Positions 9,122-19,521 of a stretch of DNA of 64,000 bases are shown piece after piece. Position 1 is the first letter of the stretch. Every line of letters starts with the position of its first letter. The notes below the pieces were generated by a model that searched no databases, was not told the DNA's origin, and was given only the letters and a program-made list of their open reading frames with translations. Origin of the DNA: Candidatus Latescibacterota bacterium (GTDB lineage Bacteria > Latescibacterota > UBA2968 > GCA-2709665); the NCBI GenBank assembly GCA_965248435.1, contig OZ252100.1, positions 5,376,001 through 5,440,000 on the forward strand. Reading direction: 5' to 3'. Both the position numbers and the translations under genes were made by a program.

Positions 9122-9214
9122 TTCGAATCTCCTCGTTTGCTGGCCGGGTCTCAAATGTCGAAGATCATCAATATGTATATATACAAATCAGACAAACCAT
9201 CCCGCAAGGAGTTT

Positions 9215-10921
9215 CTAGAAGAAATTGAAATCGGTACGGATCGCCCACGTGTGTTCTCTGGTGTTCCCTCTCTCCCCGCTCGGGAGGGCGAGGTTGTCTC
9301 CCAACATGGATTCGTAGGAGACCCGCAGAAGAAGATCTCGGATCGGTTCATAAGTAAGCGAAAATCCCAGTCGAGTGCGCTTTTCCAGTATGCCATCCAG
9401 GAAGCGTTTACTCGGAGGATCCGAGGGCCTTCTTCCTGCCTCGGCATCGCCCCCCACATTCTCCAACAAAACCCCCTCCGAACCGATGACATTTTCGCCC
9501 TGCCTCTCCCTGTCCAAGGAGAACGCGAACAAGAGTGAAGGCGAAAAGTGATGGATAACGCGTCCGAATATGCGGTCGGCGTTGGGGCCGACAGGGTAAC
9601 CCAGCAGAGCATCGAAATGTTCATAGGTGTTGATGGCGAACTTGTGGGAGTATACAAAGGGCTCCAATCGGACGTATTCCAGGGACAATTCTGTGTCGTG
9701 GAGACCGAACGGGTCAACCCATTGGAGTCCGAACTGCAGAGCGTATTTATTTGCGAATGCCCCGGGGGTGAACTTTTTCAGATCATCGAACAGCACAGCA
9801 AAGTAGAGCCAAAGATTTTGTCTTGGATTGCCGCTGAGGTCGAGGCCAACGAGCATATTGTCATTGTCGCCCAAGTAGGTCTGCGCGGCGGTTAACACGG
9901 TCGCTGGGTTGGCGTATAAAAATTCGAGTGACCTGTCGCCGTAAACGACGGATTCCTGAAGTCCCAGGAGCACTCCTCTGGGGAACGAGACCTCGAACCG
10001 ATGCGCTGCCAGGTGCTTGGAGCGGCGAAAGGTGCGCAAGTGGCCGTTGTCGAGTCTGGTTCGAGAGGTATCGATCAGCCCTTCACGCGCACGGGGGAAC
10101 CCCACGACGTGGATAAACCGAAATCGACCGTGTTCGGCTCTCATGCGAACGATCGCGTAGGACGAAGCCTTGTCCGAGAGCAAAAGGTTTCCTGTCCTTC
10201 CCGGGCCCCAATCCAGGCTTGTTTTGCCTATGTCAATGTCGAACCAGGGCGTTGCCAGGATGAATTGAAACTCGGCCTGGCGGAAGTCGACGGATTTCCC
10301 TTTCAACTGGATGTCCTCAATGGGTTTGGCGATCACGTCTCCACGGGATAGGCGGACTCGCGTACTCTGTTCCCTGGCTTCGTAATGCCGAACTCGAAAC
10401 CCAAAGCGATTATGGTAGGTGCCGCGAACGATCGCGCCGAGATAGGTTTGAGAAACGATTTCCCGGGCGCGTGCGCCGCCCCGTATCACGAGTACTTGCT
10501 CGCGAATCAGCGGGTCCAAAACAAACGCTGCTGAGGAATCCTGCCAGGCAAAAAGGTTGTTTCCAGACGATATGCGTTCGATAAGGCCGCTCTGATGCGA
10601 ATCATGAGCCCCCGCCTTACCGAGCGTGGTCAGTTCCCACCTGAATTCGGCGCGGTGCCTCTCGAGGATACCCCGTTCGGTTTTCGAGAGGCGGCCCCCT
10701 GATTCTGCCGTTTGAAGGATATCCAGAAGAAGAAGGGCCGCACGATTTCTTGTGAACGGTCGGTGGCCGGGAACGGACTGCTTGAGCCAGCCACGGGCCT
10801 GAAATCGGTCGACCGTTCGATAGATGCGATGTGAGAGGGGAACGTCCGGGCTTGGATCTTCACCAAAGGCGGGAACTGTGGACAGCGCCAAGCAGGTAAG
10901 AACGGTGAAGAGCGATTTCAC
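9215..10921 (-). CDS. capsule assembly Wzi-family outer-membrane protein
   Basis: Signal peptide, WGPGRTGNLLLS, HRFE, ESVVYG, LGYPVGPNAD and a C-terminal Phe. GTG 10921 is preferred because a promoter overlaps the longer ORF start. Confidence 0.7.
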   Translation of the reverse strand: MKSLFTVLTCLALSTVPAFGEDPSPDVPLSHRIYRTVDRFQARGWLKQSVPGHRPFTRNRAALLLLDILQTAESGGRLSKTERGILERHRAEFRWELTTLGKAGAHDSHQSGLIERISSGNNLFAWQDSSAAFVLDPLIREQVLVIRGGARAREIVSQTYLGAIVRGTYHNRFGFRVRHYEAREQSTRVRLSRGDVIAKPIEDIQLKGKSVDFRQAEFQFILATPWFDIDIGKTSLDWGPGRTGNLLLSDKASSYAIVRMRAEHGRFRFIHVVGFPRAREGLIDTSRTRLDNGHLRTFRRSKHLAAHRFEVSFPRGVLLGLQESVVYGDRSLEFLYANPATVLTAAQTYLGDNDNMLVGLDLSGNPRQNLWLYFAVLFDDLKKFTPGAFANKYALQFGLQWVDPFGLHDTELSLEYVRLEPFVYSHKFAINTYEHFDALLGYPVGPNADRIFGRVIHHFSPSLLFAFSLDRERQGENVIGSEGVLLENVGGDAEAGRRPSDPPSKRFLDGILEKRTRLGFSLTYEPIRDLLLRVSYESMLGDNLALPSGERGNTREHTWAIRTDFNFF

Positions 10922-10975
10922 GGAAAAGTGGACCGTTCGATTCGGGGAAAGGGGAGAAATTGACCGGATCGAACG

Positions 10976-11004
10976 AAAATATGAGCACACAACGTACAAG
11001 TCAA
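10976..11004 (-). promoter_or_regulatory. sigma70-type promoter for the wzi-like gene
   Basis: Minus strand TTGACT-17-TATTTT. Confidence 0.5.
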
Positions 11005-11094
11005 GAAAAACCCGGGGTCTGAGACAGCGGCCTAGAACGTCGAAGCCTAAGTTTTATTAACACTTAGTGCATTCAGCCCGCCGCTTGAATTGTC

Positions 11095-11123
11095 TTGACA
11101 GCTTTGGGGCATTTTGTTATTTA
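11095..11123 (+). promoter_or_regulatory. sigma70-type promoter
   Basis: TTGACA-17-TATTTA with an extended -10 TG, upstream of the 1583-aa ORF. Confidence 0.55.
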
Positions 11124-11178
11124 CTAGCACCGTATTGCGCTTTCGAAGGCGCCTAGATCCCAAAGTTGGAGTCCAACG

Positions 11179-14100
11179 ATGATGCGAAGAATTGGAAGCG
11201 CTGTTCTGTGGATCATCGCGCTTTTCATGCTTTCATCGGTGACCGTTTTCAATCCTGGACAGGTCACCGATTGGTTTATCAAGCTGTTCGGCATTCAGCC
11301 GAGCAAGCCAGAACTGAGGCCAGTGATCGTCTCGGAGAGAGATCGGGAGATCAAAGAGATCGCCGAATCGATCACTGCATCACACCTGCGCGAGACCGTC
11401 GGAGCCCTATCCAGTCTTGGGTCAAGGGTCCCTGGGTATCCCGGACATCGACAGGCCTTTGAGCACATAAAACGTGAGTTTGAGCAAATCGGGCTTCAGG
11501 GGATTACTGTAGAGAACGCCGAGGTAACCGTGCCCGTGGATAAAGGTGCCTCCCTTGTCTTGGCCCTGACCGGCGAAGAGATCCGTCTTTTCGGTCTCTG
11601 GCCGAATCATGTCCGGACCCCTTCGCTGCCCGAAGAAGGCGCAAGCGGGACGCTGATCTATGGCGGACGGGGCAGCTTTAAAGAATTGAACGGAAAACCC
11701 GTGAAGGGCGGCATTGTCCTCATGGAGTTCGATTCCGATCAGAGCTACCTGAACCCACGGATGCTTGGGGCGGCGGCTGTTGTCTTTTACGACAATGGGC
11801 GAGTAACCCAGGGGCAGGCGACGCAGAAATTTTTGCAGGTCCCGGTGGACGTCCCGCGATTCTGGGTAGAAGGGAAAGATGCAGACCGTTTACTGGCTCT
11901 GGCTAAAACGAGCGAGCACCAGGTCATCATCAGGTCCAGGATGGACTGGGAAAGGGTGCCGGCCCCGAACATTTATGGAATCATACCTGGCACGGATGAA
12001 TACATTTCCGACCGTCGGGAGCGGAAGTGGAAGGACGAGATGATTCTCGTCAGCGCCTTCTACGACGCGATCTCCGTCGTGCCGGGGGTCGCGCCTGGCG
12101 CCGAAAGCGCTGCCAATGTCGCTGCCCTGTTGGAGACGGCAAAGGCCTTGAAGAGGAATCCACCGAAATATTCCGTGATGTTCTTGGCCAATGGCTCACA
12201 CTTCCAGGGTCTTGCGGGCATCAACGACTTTCTCTACAAACACTCGCGAGAGAGCGAGCACTTTCGCGAGCTCATTCCTGAACACGAGAAGATCGATTTT
12301 CGGCTCTTTATCGGATTCGACCTGTCGAGCGAGATCGACAAGGTCGCGACATTTTCGCACGCGACCTTCTACAATCCGACCTGGAGGACGAACAACTATG
12401 AGAACAACCTCCTGGCCCCTTACGCCAAGAAGTTCGATCAGTATGATGCCAGGATTTTTCCAGGGGAAGCGCGCCACATCGATGCGGTCACACCCCCCAA
12501 GCGGACCTGGAAGAACTTCATGCCGATTCGTCTGGCTTTCGACAGCGAAGCGGTGAAGTTCGTCGGGAAGGAGGGCATCACCTTAGCAACTCCGTCCACG
12601 ATCCGGGAGCGCGTGGATACCCCTGTAGACAGGGTTGAATTCGTCAATTTTTCGAACCTGACGCGCCAAGTGCAGGCCTCGGTTGGTCTGCTGCTCAAGG
12701 CCGTCGAGGATCCAGAATTTTTCAGAGTATCAAAGTTGAAACTTGAAGACCTTGGTCACAGCCTAGAGGGCCGAATCCTGTGGTTCGAGCGCGACGTAGA
12801 TTTCGCCATTCCCAGAGTGCCGGTGCCGGGTGCGATCGTGACCTACGAACAAATCGGACCCGTGGCGAGCTGCGGAGGCGTGAGAACACTTGTCGTAGAG
12901 AAGACTGCGGAAGGGCCGATTTACCAGGGTGATCCTTCGAAGGGGCCGTCCTACGGGTCGAAGGATGAGGTCGAGGGGACGGGCCGTTTCAGATTTGATA
13001 TCATGCGCAATCGATTCGACAACAAGATCCTGGCTTATCAGATGGACGAAGATGGCCGGATTGTTTCAGCGCCCGACATGGGAACGGAAGGCGACAAAAA
13101 GTTCCCCATTCTCCAACGGTACGGCTGGTGGGAAAACGAAATGATGGAGGTACTGTTCAAGTGTCGCGCCATCAGTGTGTTCGAGATCATCGATTCGAGC
13201 TATCTCTCGGCTCTGGACTATATGACCGTGTTAAACGAAGGGGACACCAGACCTATCGAGTATGGTTACCACTACATTGAAAACCAGAGCATGAAAGAGG
13301 GAAATGTAACACGCGCGGCCGTGGCGTTTGCCGGTGTGGACTTCATGACCGGCGAGATAGAGCCTTTGAAGATTCTGATGAGCACGGGTCTATTCGGCGT
13401 AAAGTATCTGCTGATCAATGCGCCCCAGGAGTTCCTGGATTCTCCGGTATCCAAGTGGGATGTGAACCCGGAGATGTTGGAAACGTCTCGAGGCGTCGGA
13501 TATCCACCGGGCGTCATATTCAACCCTTCCTACCACGCGGCGAAGGACATGTGGGTCATCGACGATATCCGCATGAAACAGTTAGCTCAGTACGGAATAG
13601 AGAACGCCCGGCTTTCTCTTCTGCACGACGCGGCACGTGAGGCCCTCCTGGAAGCAAATGACCACCTGGAAGCTCAGGAGTACGAGGCATTCATGGCCGC
13701 TTCTCGACGGGCATGGGGGCTCGAAGCGAGGGGATATCCGGAAGTGATGTCCACGGCGAACGACACGGTTCGGGGAATCATCTTTTACTTTATGCTGTTG
13801 CTCCCGTTCTCATACTTCTGTGAACGCCTCGTCTTCGGCTTTTCGGACATCACGCGGCGATTGTTGGGATTCTCGGGTATCTTCCTTGCTTTCTTTATCG
13901 TCCTCCGGATGGTGCATCCTGCATTCCAATTGAGCAGCTCACCCTATATCATCTTTCTTGCGTTTGTGATCATGGCCCTTGGCGGGGTGGCCATGATCAT
14001 CGTGGTCTCCAAGTTCGGAGAAGAGGTCCGGAAGATGAAGCAGGCCGCGGCCGGCACCTACGAGGCCGATGTGGGTCGGCTGAGCGCGACAAGTGCAGCG

Positions 14101-15930
14101 ATTGTTCTGGGCATCTCCAATCTTAGAAAGCGCCCGCTAAGGACGGGTCTCACCGCCGCCACACTGACCCTTCTCACATTTACCGCGCTTTCCTTCACAT
14201 CCGTTCAGACGTCGATCAAGTTTTACCGTTTGCCCAGAGATAACAAGCCTGATTACCAGGGGGGACTGGTTCGAGACCGGGCGTGGAAGGGCCTGCAGGA
14301 GTCAACGCTGCATTACCTTGAGAGTGCGTTTGGAGAACGTGCGTTGATCCAGCCACGCGCCTGGTACCTATCCCAGGTCAAAGGGGAAAGGGCCTACCTG
14401 GGCTTCGAGCGTATCACTGAGAAATCAGCGGATATGGGGTCGCGCGACACCTATATCGATTTCGATGTGGGCATCACTACAGGTAAAGACAGCTTCGTTA
14501 ATGGGCTTTTAGGGCTCACCGATCGGGAGCCCGAAATCACCGGTGTTGACCGATTCCTGCTGAGTGGGCGGTGGTTCCTCCCGGGCGAGCGGTATGTCTG
14601 TATACTGCCAAACGACCTGGCAGAGCTGGTCGGGATCTTTCCTGAAGACGCCGGGAAGGCGGAGGTCGAGTTGCTGGGGAACGTGTTCACGGTGATCGGG
14701 ATCGTTGATTCGGAGGCTTTCAACAAATACAAAGACCTGGATGACGAACGCCTGACACCCGTGGACATGGTCGCAGAGAGAGACGACCTGGACGATGCGC
14801 AGGACCAGGATCCCCGGATCGTGGCATCGGCGCCCATCGAATCTTTCAATCATTTGGAGTCCACGAATGTCATGATTTTGCCGTATCAGTACGTTCGGGA
14901 CATGGGCGGTCCACTGAGTTCGATCGCGATCGCCCATTTCGTGGACGAGCGTGGGCAGTCGAAGGACAATTTCATCCCCGATATCGAGGAGTTCATGACC
15001 CGCGTCTCGCTCACGATGTTTGTCGGGCACGCTGAAGGGGTCACGGTCTATAGTTCCATCGGGAGCACCTCGCTGGGAGGATTAGCGGGACTGTTTGTTC
15101 CGATCCTCATCGCCGCTCTTATCGTGCTGAACACCATGATGGGGGCCGTCTACGAGCGGTTCCGGGAGATCGGGATCTACTCTGCAGTGGGCCTGGCGCC
15201 CAACCACATCGCGGCGCTCTTCCTGGCAGAAGCTGCCGTTTTCGCGACGATTGGTGCCGTGTTCGGCTATCTCATCGGTCAAGTCATGGTGATGCTGCTT
15301 TACGAACGGGGTGCACTCGGAGGATTGGAGCTGAACTACTCGTCGCTTTCCGCGATTTCAGCCACCCTGATCGTGATGGCCACCGTGTTTCTCTCTACGC
15401 TCTATCCGGCGAAGAAGGCTGCCGATATGGCCGTCCCGGACGTAACGCGAAAATGGGAGTTCCCGGAGCCGGATGGTGACAGGTGGGTCTTCGACTTTCC
15501 GTTTACGGTCGGTGGCGGAGAGATCCTGGGTATGTACACCTATCTCACGAGGGTATTCGAGTCCTACGGCGAGGGTTCTGTCGGGGATTTCGTGGCTGAC
15601 AAGGTCCGGTTTACATCCAGAGACCTGCACGGAGAACCACAGTATGAGATTCACCTTACAGCCTGGCTTGCCCCCTACGACCTGGGGATCAGCCAGCAGG
15701 TCGAACTCCAAGCGATTCCGACGGGCGAATACAACATCTACAAAATCGAGGTTGTTATTCATCGTCTGAGCGGGGATGTGGCTTCCTGGAAGCGGATCAA
15801 TCGGGGATTCTTGAACGTGCTTCGCAAAAGATTCCTCGTTTGGCGAACCATTCCACTTGATGTCAAGCATCAGTATGCCCAGGAAGGGGATCAGGTACTC
15901 CGGGGTGAAGCCCAAGAAACAAGCACCTGA
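11179..15930 (+). CDS. large membrane protein: PA/M28-like (nicastrin-like, probably inactive) ectodomain fused to a MacB/FtsX-type permease
   Basis: N-terminal anchor; GSRVPGYPG and a PA-like segment; degenerate M28 motif SAFYD..APGAESA; TM block; [11 protein letters not shown] (MacB TM1); [21 protein letters not shown] (FtsX). Confidence 0.8.
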   Translation: [1583 protein letters not shown]

Positions 15931-15959
15931 GTTTTAGCTACTAACGTTAAGGGGAAAAG

Positions 15960-17999
15960 TTGGCGACAGAACCGAGGTCAGGGCGTGAGGATGTAAGTCA
16001 GTACGAATCGATCATGCCGGATGAGGCGCCCTTCGAAGAGGGGTTCAACCTGAAGACCGTCTGGGCTATGCTGTTCGTCGGGTTGATCATGCTTCCCGGG
16101 GCGATCTATCTGGGTCTCGTCACGGGCCAGAGCATGGCCGGCGCTTCGGAATGGGTGACGATCATCCTCTTCCTGGAGATCGCGAAGCGATCGTTCGTGA
16201 GGCTCAAGACCCAGGAGCTGATCATAATCTACTGGGTGGCCGCCGGTCTGGTTGGAATCGGCGTCAGATTAGGGATCTCCGGGCACCTCTACGGAGGCCC
16301 TTTTGGCAACCTGGTCTGGGACCAGTACCTAATTCAAGCTCCGGCCGCCAAGGGGTTGGCAGAGTACATTCCCGACTGGGTCGTACCTCCGCTGGAATCG
16401 TCGGTCTACGCAGACCGCACGTTCCTGCACACTGTCTGGATCAAGCCGGTCCTCGTTCTTTTTCTCGTGATGCTCGTCACCAACACCGCTCAGCTTTCGT
16501 TCGCCTACGTGATGTTCCGCGTGACCAACGACGTGGAGCGGCTGCCCTTTCCGATGGAGGCCGTGCACGCCCGCGGCGCCACAGCCCTGGCAGAAACTTC
16601 CGCAAAGCAGGAGGGGTGGCGATGGCGCGTGTTCAGCACAGGGACGTGTATCGGTCTGATCTGGGGGCTTATCTATGTCGTCGTCCCGACACTGTCGAGC
16701 ATCTTTCTGACAGATACGGTCCAGATTCTGCCCATTCCTTTCATTGACTTCACTGCAGAGATAAAGACGATCCTGCCCGCGGCCATTTTCGGGATCGGGA
16801 CCGACCTGGGCCACCTGTTCATCGGGATGGTGCTTCCGTTCTATGTCGTCGTAGGACAGTTCTTCGGCTCCGTTCTGGCAAATCTTGTGATTAATCCCAT
16901 GCTCTACGATTACGGCATCTTGCAGCGCTGGTCTCCCGGAATGACCTCGGTCCCGGCCCGGATCTCCAACACCTTCGACTTCTGGCTGAGCTTCTCGATC
17001 GGGACCTCCCTGGTGGTCGCGTTCACCGGGTTCTACATGGTGGGCAAGATGCTCCTGGAACAACGACGGACCCGGGGTGCAGGCCCTCGGGCGAAAGGCG
17101 TTCCCCAGAGCGATGTTCCGAAAGGGAGAGGGGATGTGAAGTTGATTTATCCGATCGTGCTATGGGTCATGGCAACGTTTGGGTTCGTCGCAATGTGTCA
17201 GATCCTGGTGCCGGAATTCCACTGGGGATGGGTCGTCTTCTTCGGATTCATTTACTCTCCGATTTCATCTTACATTGGGGCCAGGATGATCGGGCTGACC
17301 GGCAGTCCCTATGGGTCCAGCGTCCCTTTTCTCAGGGAGGCCGCGATCTTCCTTTCCGGCTATCAGGGGGCCGCGGTCTGGTTCGCCCCGCTCCCGCTGC
17401 ACGATTACGGAAAGATGGTGCGCCCCTTCAAGCAGATGGAGCTGACCAAGACCAAATTCGGGAGCTACATCAAGATGGTGGCCGCCACGATGGTTGTGAT
17501 CTTCATTTGCAGCTTCGTTTTCTACGAATTCATCTGGAGGCTGGGTCCGATCCCCTCATCGACCTATCCCTATGCGGAAACGATCTGGCCCTTCGACGCA
17601 ACCCTGCAGACGATGTGGATCAAGTCGACGCTTCCTGCTGGAGAGTTCGGGGGTGCAGCGGGCATGCAGCTGCTGCGCGAGATCATCAAGCCTGAATATA
17701 TCGGCGCCGGCCTGATCGGCGGTGGCGCTACTTACATTCTCATGACTGTCCTCAAACTCCCGACGCTGGCCTTCTTCGGGTTTGTAGGCGGATTGGCCGA
17801 GTGGCCGCATTTTGTCCTGTTGATGTTTGTAGGTGCACTGCTGGGCCGTTTTCACTTCGCGAAACGGTTTGGTGAGGCGAAGTGGAAGGCGTACGCACCG
17901 ATCCTTCTGGCAGGCTATTCCTGCGGGATGGGGTTAATCGCCATGACGTCGATCGCGATCGCCCTGATTTCGAAGGCCGTATCGCAAGTCATATTTTGA
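15960..17999 (+). CDS. OPT-superfamily-like peptide transporter
   Basis: Many TM helices; ERLPFPME..GATALAE motif; begins 29 bp after the previous gene. Confidence 0.7.
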   Translation: MATEPRSGREDVSQYESIMPDEAPFEEGFNLKTVWAMLFVGLIMLPGAIYLGLVTGQSMAGASEWVTIILFLEIAKRSFVRLKTQELIIIYWVAAGLVGIGVRLGISGHLYGGPFGNLVWDQYLIQAPAAKGLAEYIPDWVVPPLESSVYADRTFLHTVWIKPVLVLFLVMLVTNTAQLSFAYVMFRVTNDVERLPFPMEAVHARGATALAETSAKQEGWRWRVFSTGTCIGLIWGLIYVVVPTLSSIFLTDTVQILPIPFIDFTAEIKTILPAAIFGIGTDLGHLFIGMVLPFYVVVGQFFGSVLANLVINPMLYDYGILQRWSPGMTSVPARISNTFDFWLSFSIGTSLVVAFTGFYMVGKMLLEQRRTRGAGPRAKGVPQSDVPKGRGDVKLIYPIVLWVMATFGFVAMCQILVPEFHWGWVVFFGFIYSPISSYIGARMIGLTGSPYGSSVPFLREAAIFLSGYQGAAVWFAPLPLHDYGKMVRPFKQMELTKTKFGSYIKMVAATMVVIFICSFVFYEFIWRLGPIPSSTYPYAETIWPFDATLQTMWIKSTLPAGEFGGAAGMQLLREIIKPEYIGAGLIGGGATYILMTVLKLPTLAFFGFVGGLAEWPHFVLLMFVGALLGRFHFAKRFGEAKWKAYAPILLAGYSCGMGLIAMTSIAIALISKAVSQVIF

Positions 18000-18105
18000 A
18001 ATTCGAGAACATCGTAATCTGATCAATCCATCGCCCGGGTGAATCGTTTGCCCGGGCAATTGCATATTGTGGCTTTTGCCCTTAAGGGGTTCGACAGGAG
18101 CTTGG

Positions 18106-19491
18106 ATGAACTTCGGCACGGCCCTGAGCAGGATAGAGCGCCCCTTTACGTTCGCAGTTGTTGGGGATACGCACTTCACAAAAGCAGAGTTTCGCACGAA
18201 TGCGGGCGACCCGGCACATCACAGCTACGACCTGACCCCTGAAGGTTACATTGAGAATGTGAGTCTGGTGCTCGCGCCGATGAGGGAGACGCTCAAATCG
18301 CTGTCCCCTGAATTCATTGTGATGACGGGAGATCTCGTAGAGGGGGGGCTCGCGGGCGGGTTTGCCCGGGCAGAGATGTCGGCGTGCCTCAGATTCCTCG
18401 ATGGCTTTGAAATCCCACTGCTTTTGGCAAGAGGTGACCACGATGAATCGGATGTCTTCGGCGACGTCGTGCTTCCTTATTTGTCGAAGCGAATGGGTTG
18501 GGAGTTCGCGACTCCCTACTATTTCACGGATGTTGCGGGCTGCCGTCTTGTCGTCTTCGATACCGGCTCCTGGACGAGCGGATGCGGCCAGTTGGGATGG
18601 TTCCAGAAGTTGATGAGAGAGTGTAAGGAGGCCCAGATAGATCGTGTTTTCGTATTTGGTCACCATCCGATCTGGCCTGTCGCACGTGCCTTTTACACGA
18701 AGTATGACTTTCATCGCGAGATTTCTGATGTGTTGGAGAAACGCTCTGTGGACGCCTATTTCTGCGGTCATACACACAACCAGAGTCTCATCGTTCGGCG
18801 TAGCGGCAGCCGGATGACACCTCAAATGATGGCTGCGCCGATCGGTTTGCCCGAAGAGGTGCCGACGCCGCTGGATCGCGTCCAGGCGCTCCTCGAGGAG
18901 CGGGGAGACAAGCCGATCTACTGGCCAGGATACCTTGCCCATACCGTGGCAGGTTGGTTTCTGGTTCACGTAAACACAGATTCCGTCCAGGTCGAATGGC
19001 ATCACGTGAATCGGGGACCCGAGGCCTCGGTTGAATGGCGACGGGCAGGCGAGATCACCTCATTCTGGCACATGAGTCATCCCCCCGACGCACGAATGAT
19101 TTCTGCCGACCTGACACGTATTCGTCGAGGGTTCCTTAGATTCTGTGCTTGGGACGCGACACAGTCTGGAAAGCGCGTTACTCTGAATGGCAGAGAAATC
19201 GGGGATTTACCTGAGTCCAACAACTTTACACCCACGAAAATGGAGCTCCCGTCCTGGGCGCTTGATGAGCTTCGCTTGGAGAATCGATTAGAGATTCATT
19301 CACCGGGTTACGAAGCGAGTACCGTAGGCAACCTCGTGCTGGAGGTCATACTCAGAGGAGGACGAGTGTTACGTACTGGACCTACAGGGGAACTCTTCAC
19401 CTGGTCGAACAGGTGGGACGAATGGCGGAACCCCAAACTCCAGAAGCTACGATCAGGCCGTCCCATCATCACTTCGCTTTCATTCCGTTGA
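18106..19491 (+). CDS. calcineurin-like metallophosphoesterase with extra C-terminal beta domain
   Basis: GDTH, TGDLVE, RGDHD, GHHP and GHTH motifs; ATG 18106 after CAGGAG. Confidence 0.8.
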   Translation: MNFGTALSRIERPFTFAVVGDTHFTKAEFRTNAGDPAHHSYDLTPEGYIENVSLVLAPMRETLKSLSPEFIVMTGDLVEGGLAGGFARAEMSACLRFLDGFEIPLLLARGDHDESDVFGDVVLPYLSKRMGWEFATPYYFTDVAGCRLVVFDTGSWTSGCGQLGWFQKLMRECKEAQIDRVFVFGHHPIWPVARAFYTKYDFHREISDVLEKRSVDAYFCGHTHNQSLIVRRSGSRMTPQMMAAPIGLPEEVPTPLDRVQALLEERGDKPIYWPGYLAHTVAGWFLVHVNTDSVQVEWHHVNRGPEASVEWRRAGEITSFWHMSHPPDARMISADLTRIRRGFLRFCAWDATQSGKRVTLNGREIGDLPESNNFTPTKMELPSWALDELRLENRLEIHSPGYEASTVGNLVLEVILRGGRVLRTGPTGELFTWSNRWDEWRNPKLQKLRSGRPIITSLSFR

Positions 19492-19521
19492 GCTTTCTAC
19501 AATAGGGAGTTACTCCGACGC

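Noticed and set aside
11047-11067. CTAAGT-N9-ACTTAG palindrome, with looser similar words near 55831-55855 and 59167-59191
   Set aside because: Spacing differs between sites and the matches are short. They could be operator or IHF-like sites but cannot be supported from this window.
18082-19005. Long antisense ORFs (e.g. 18082-19005, 44673-45515, 45421-46401, 16329-17063, 24881-25606)
   Set aside because: They lie wholly opposite well-supported genes and have no motifs, as expected for GC-rich shadow ORFs.
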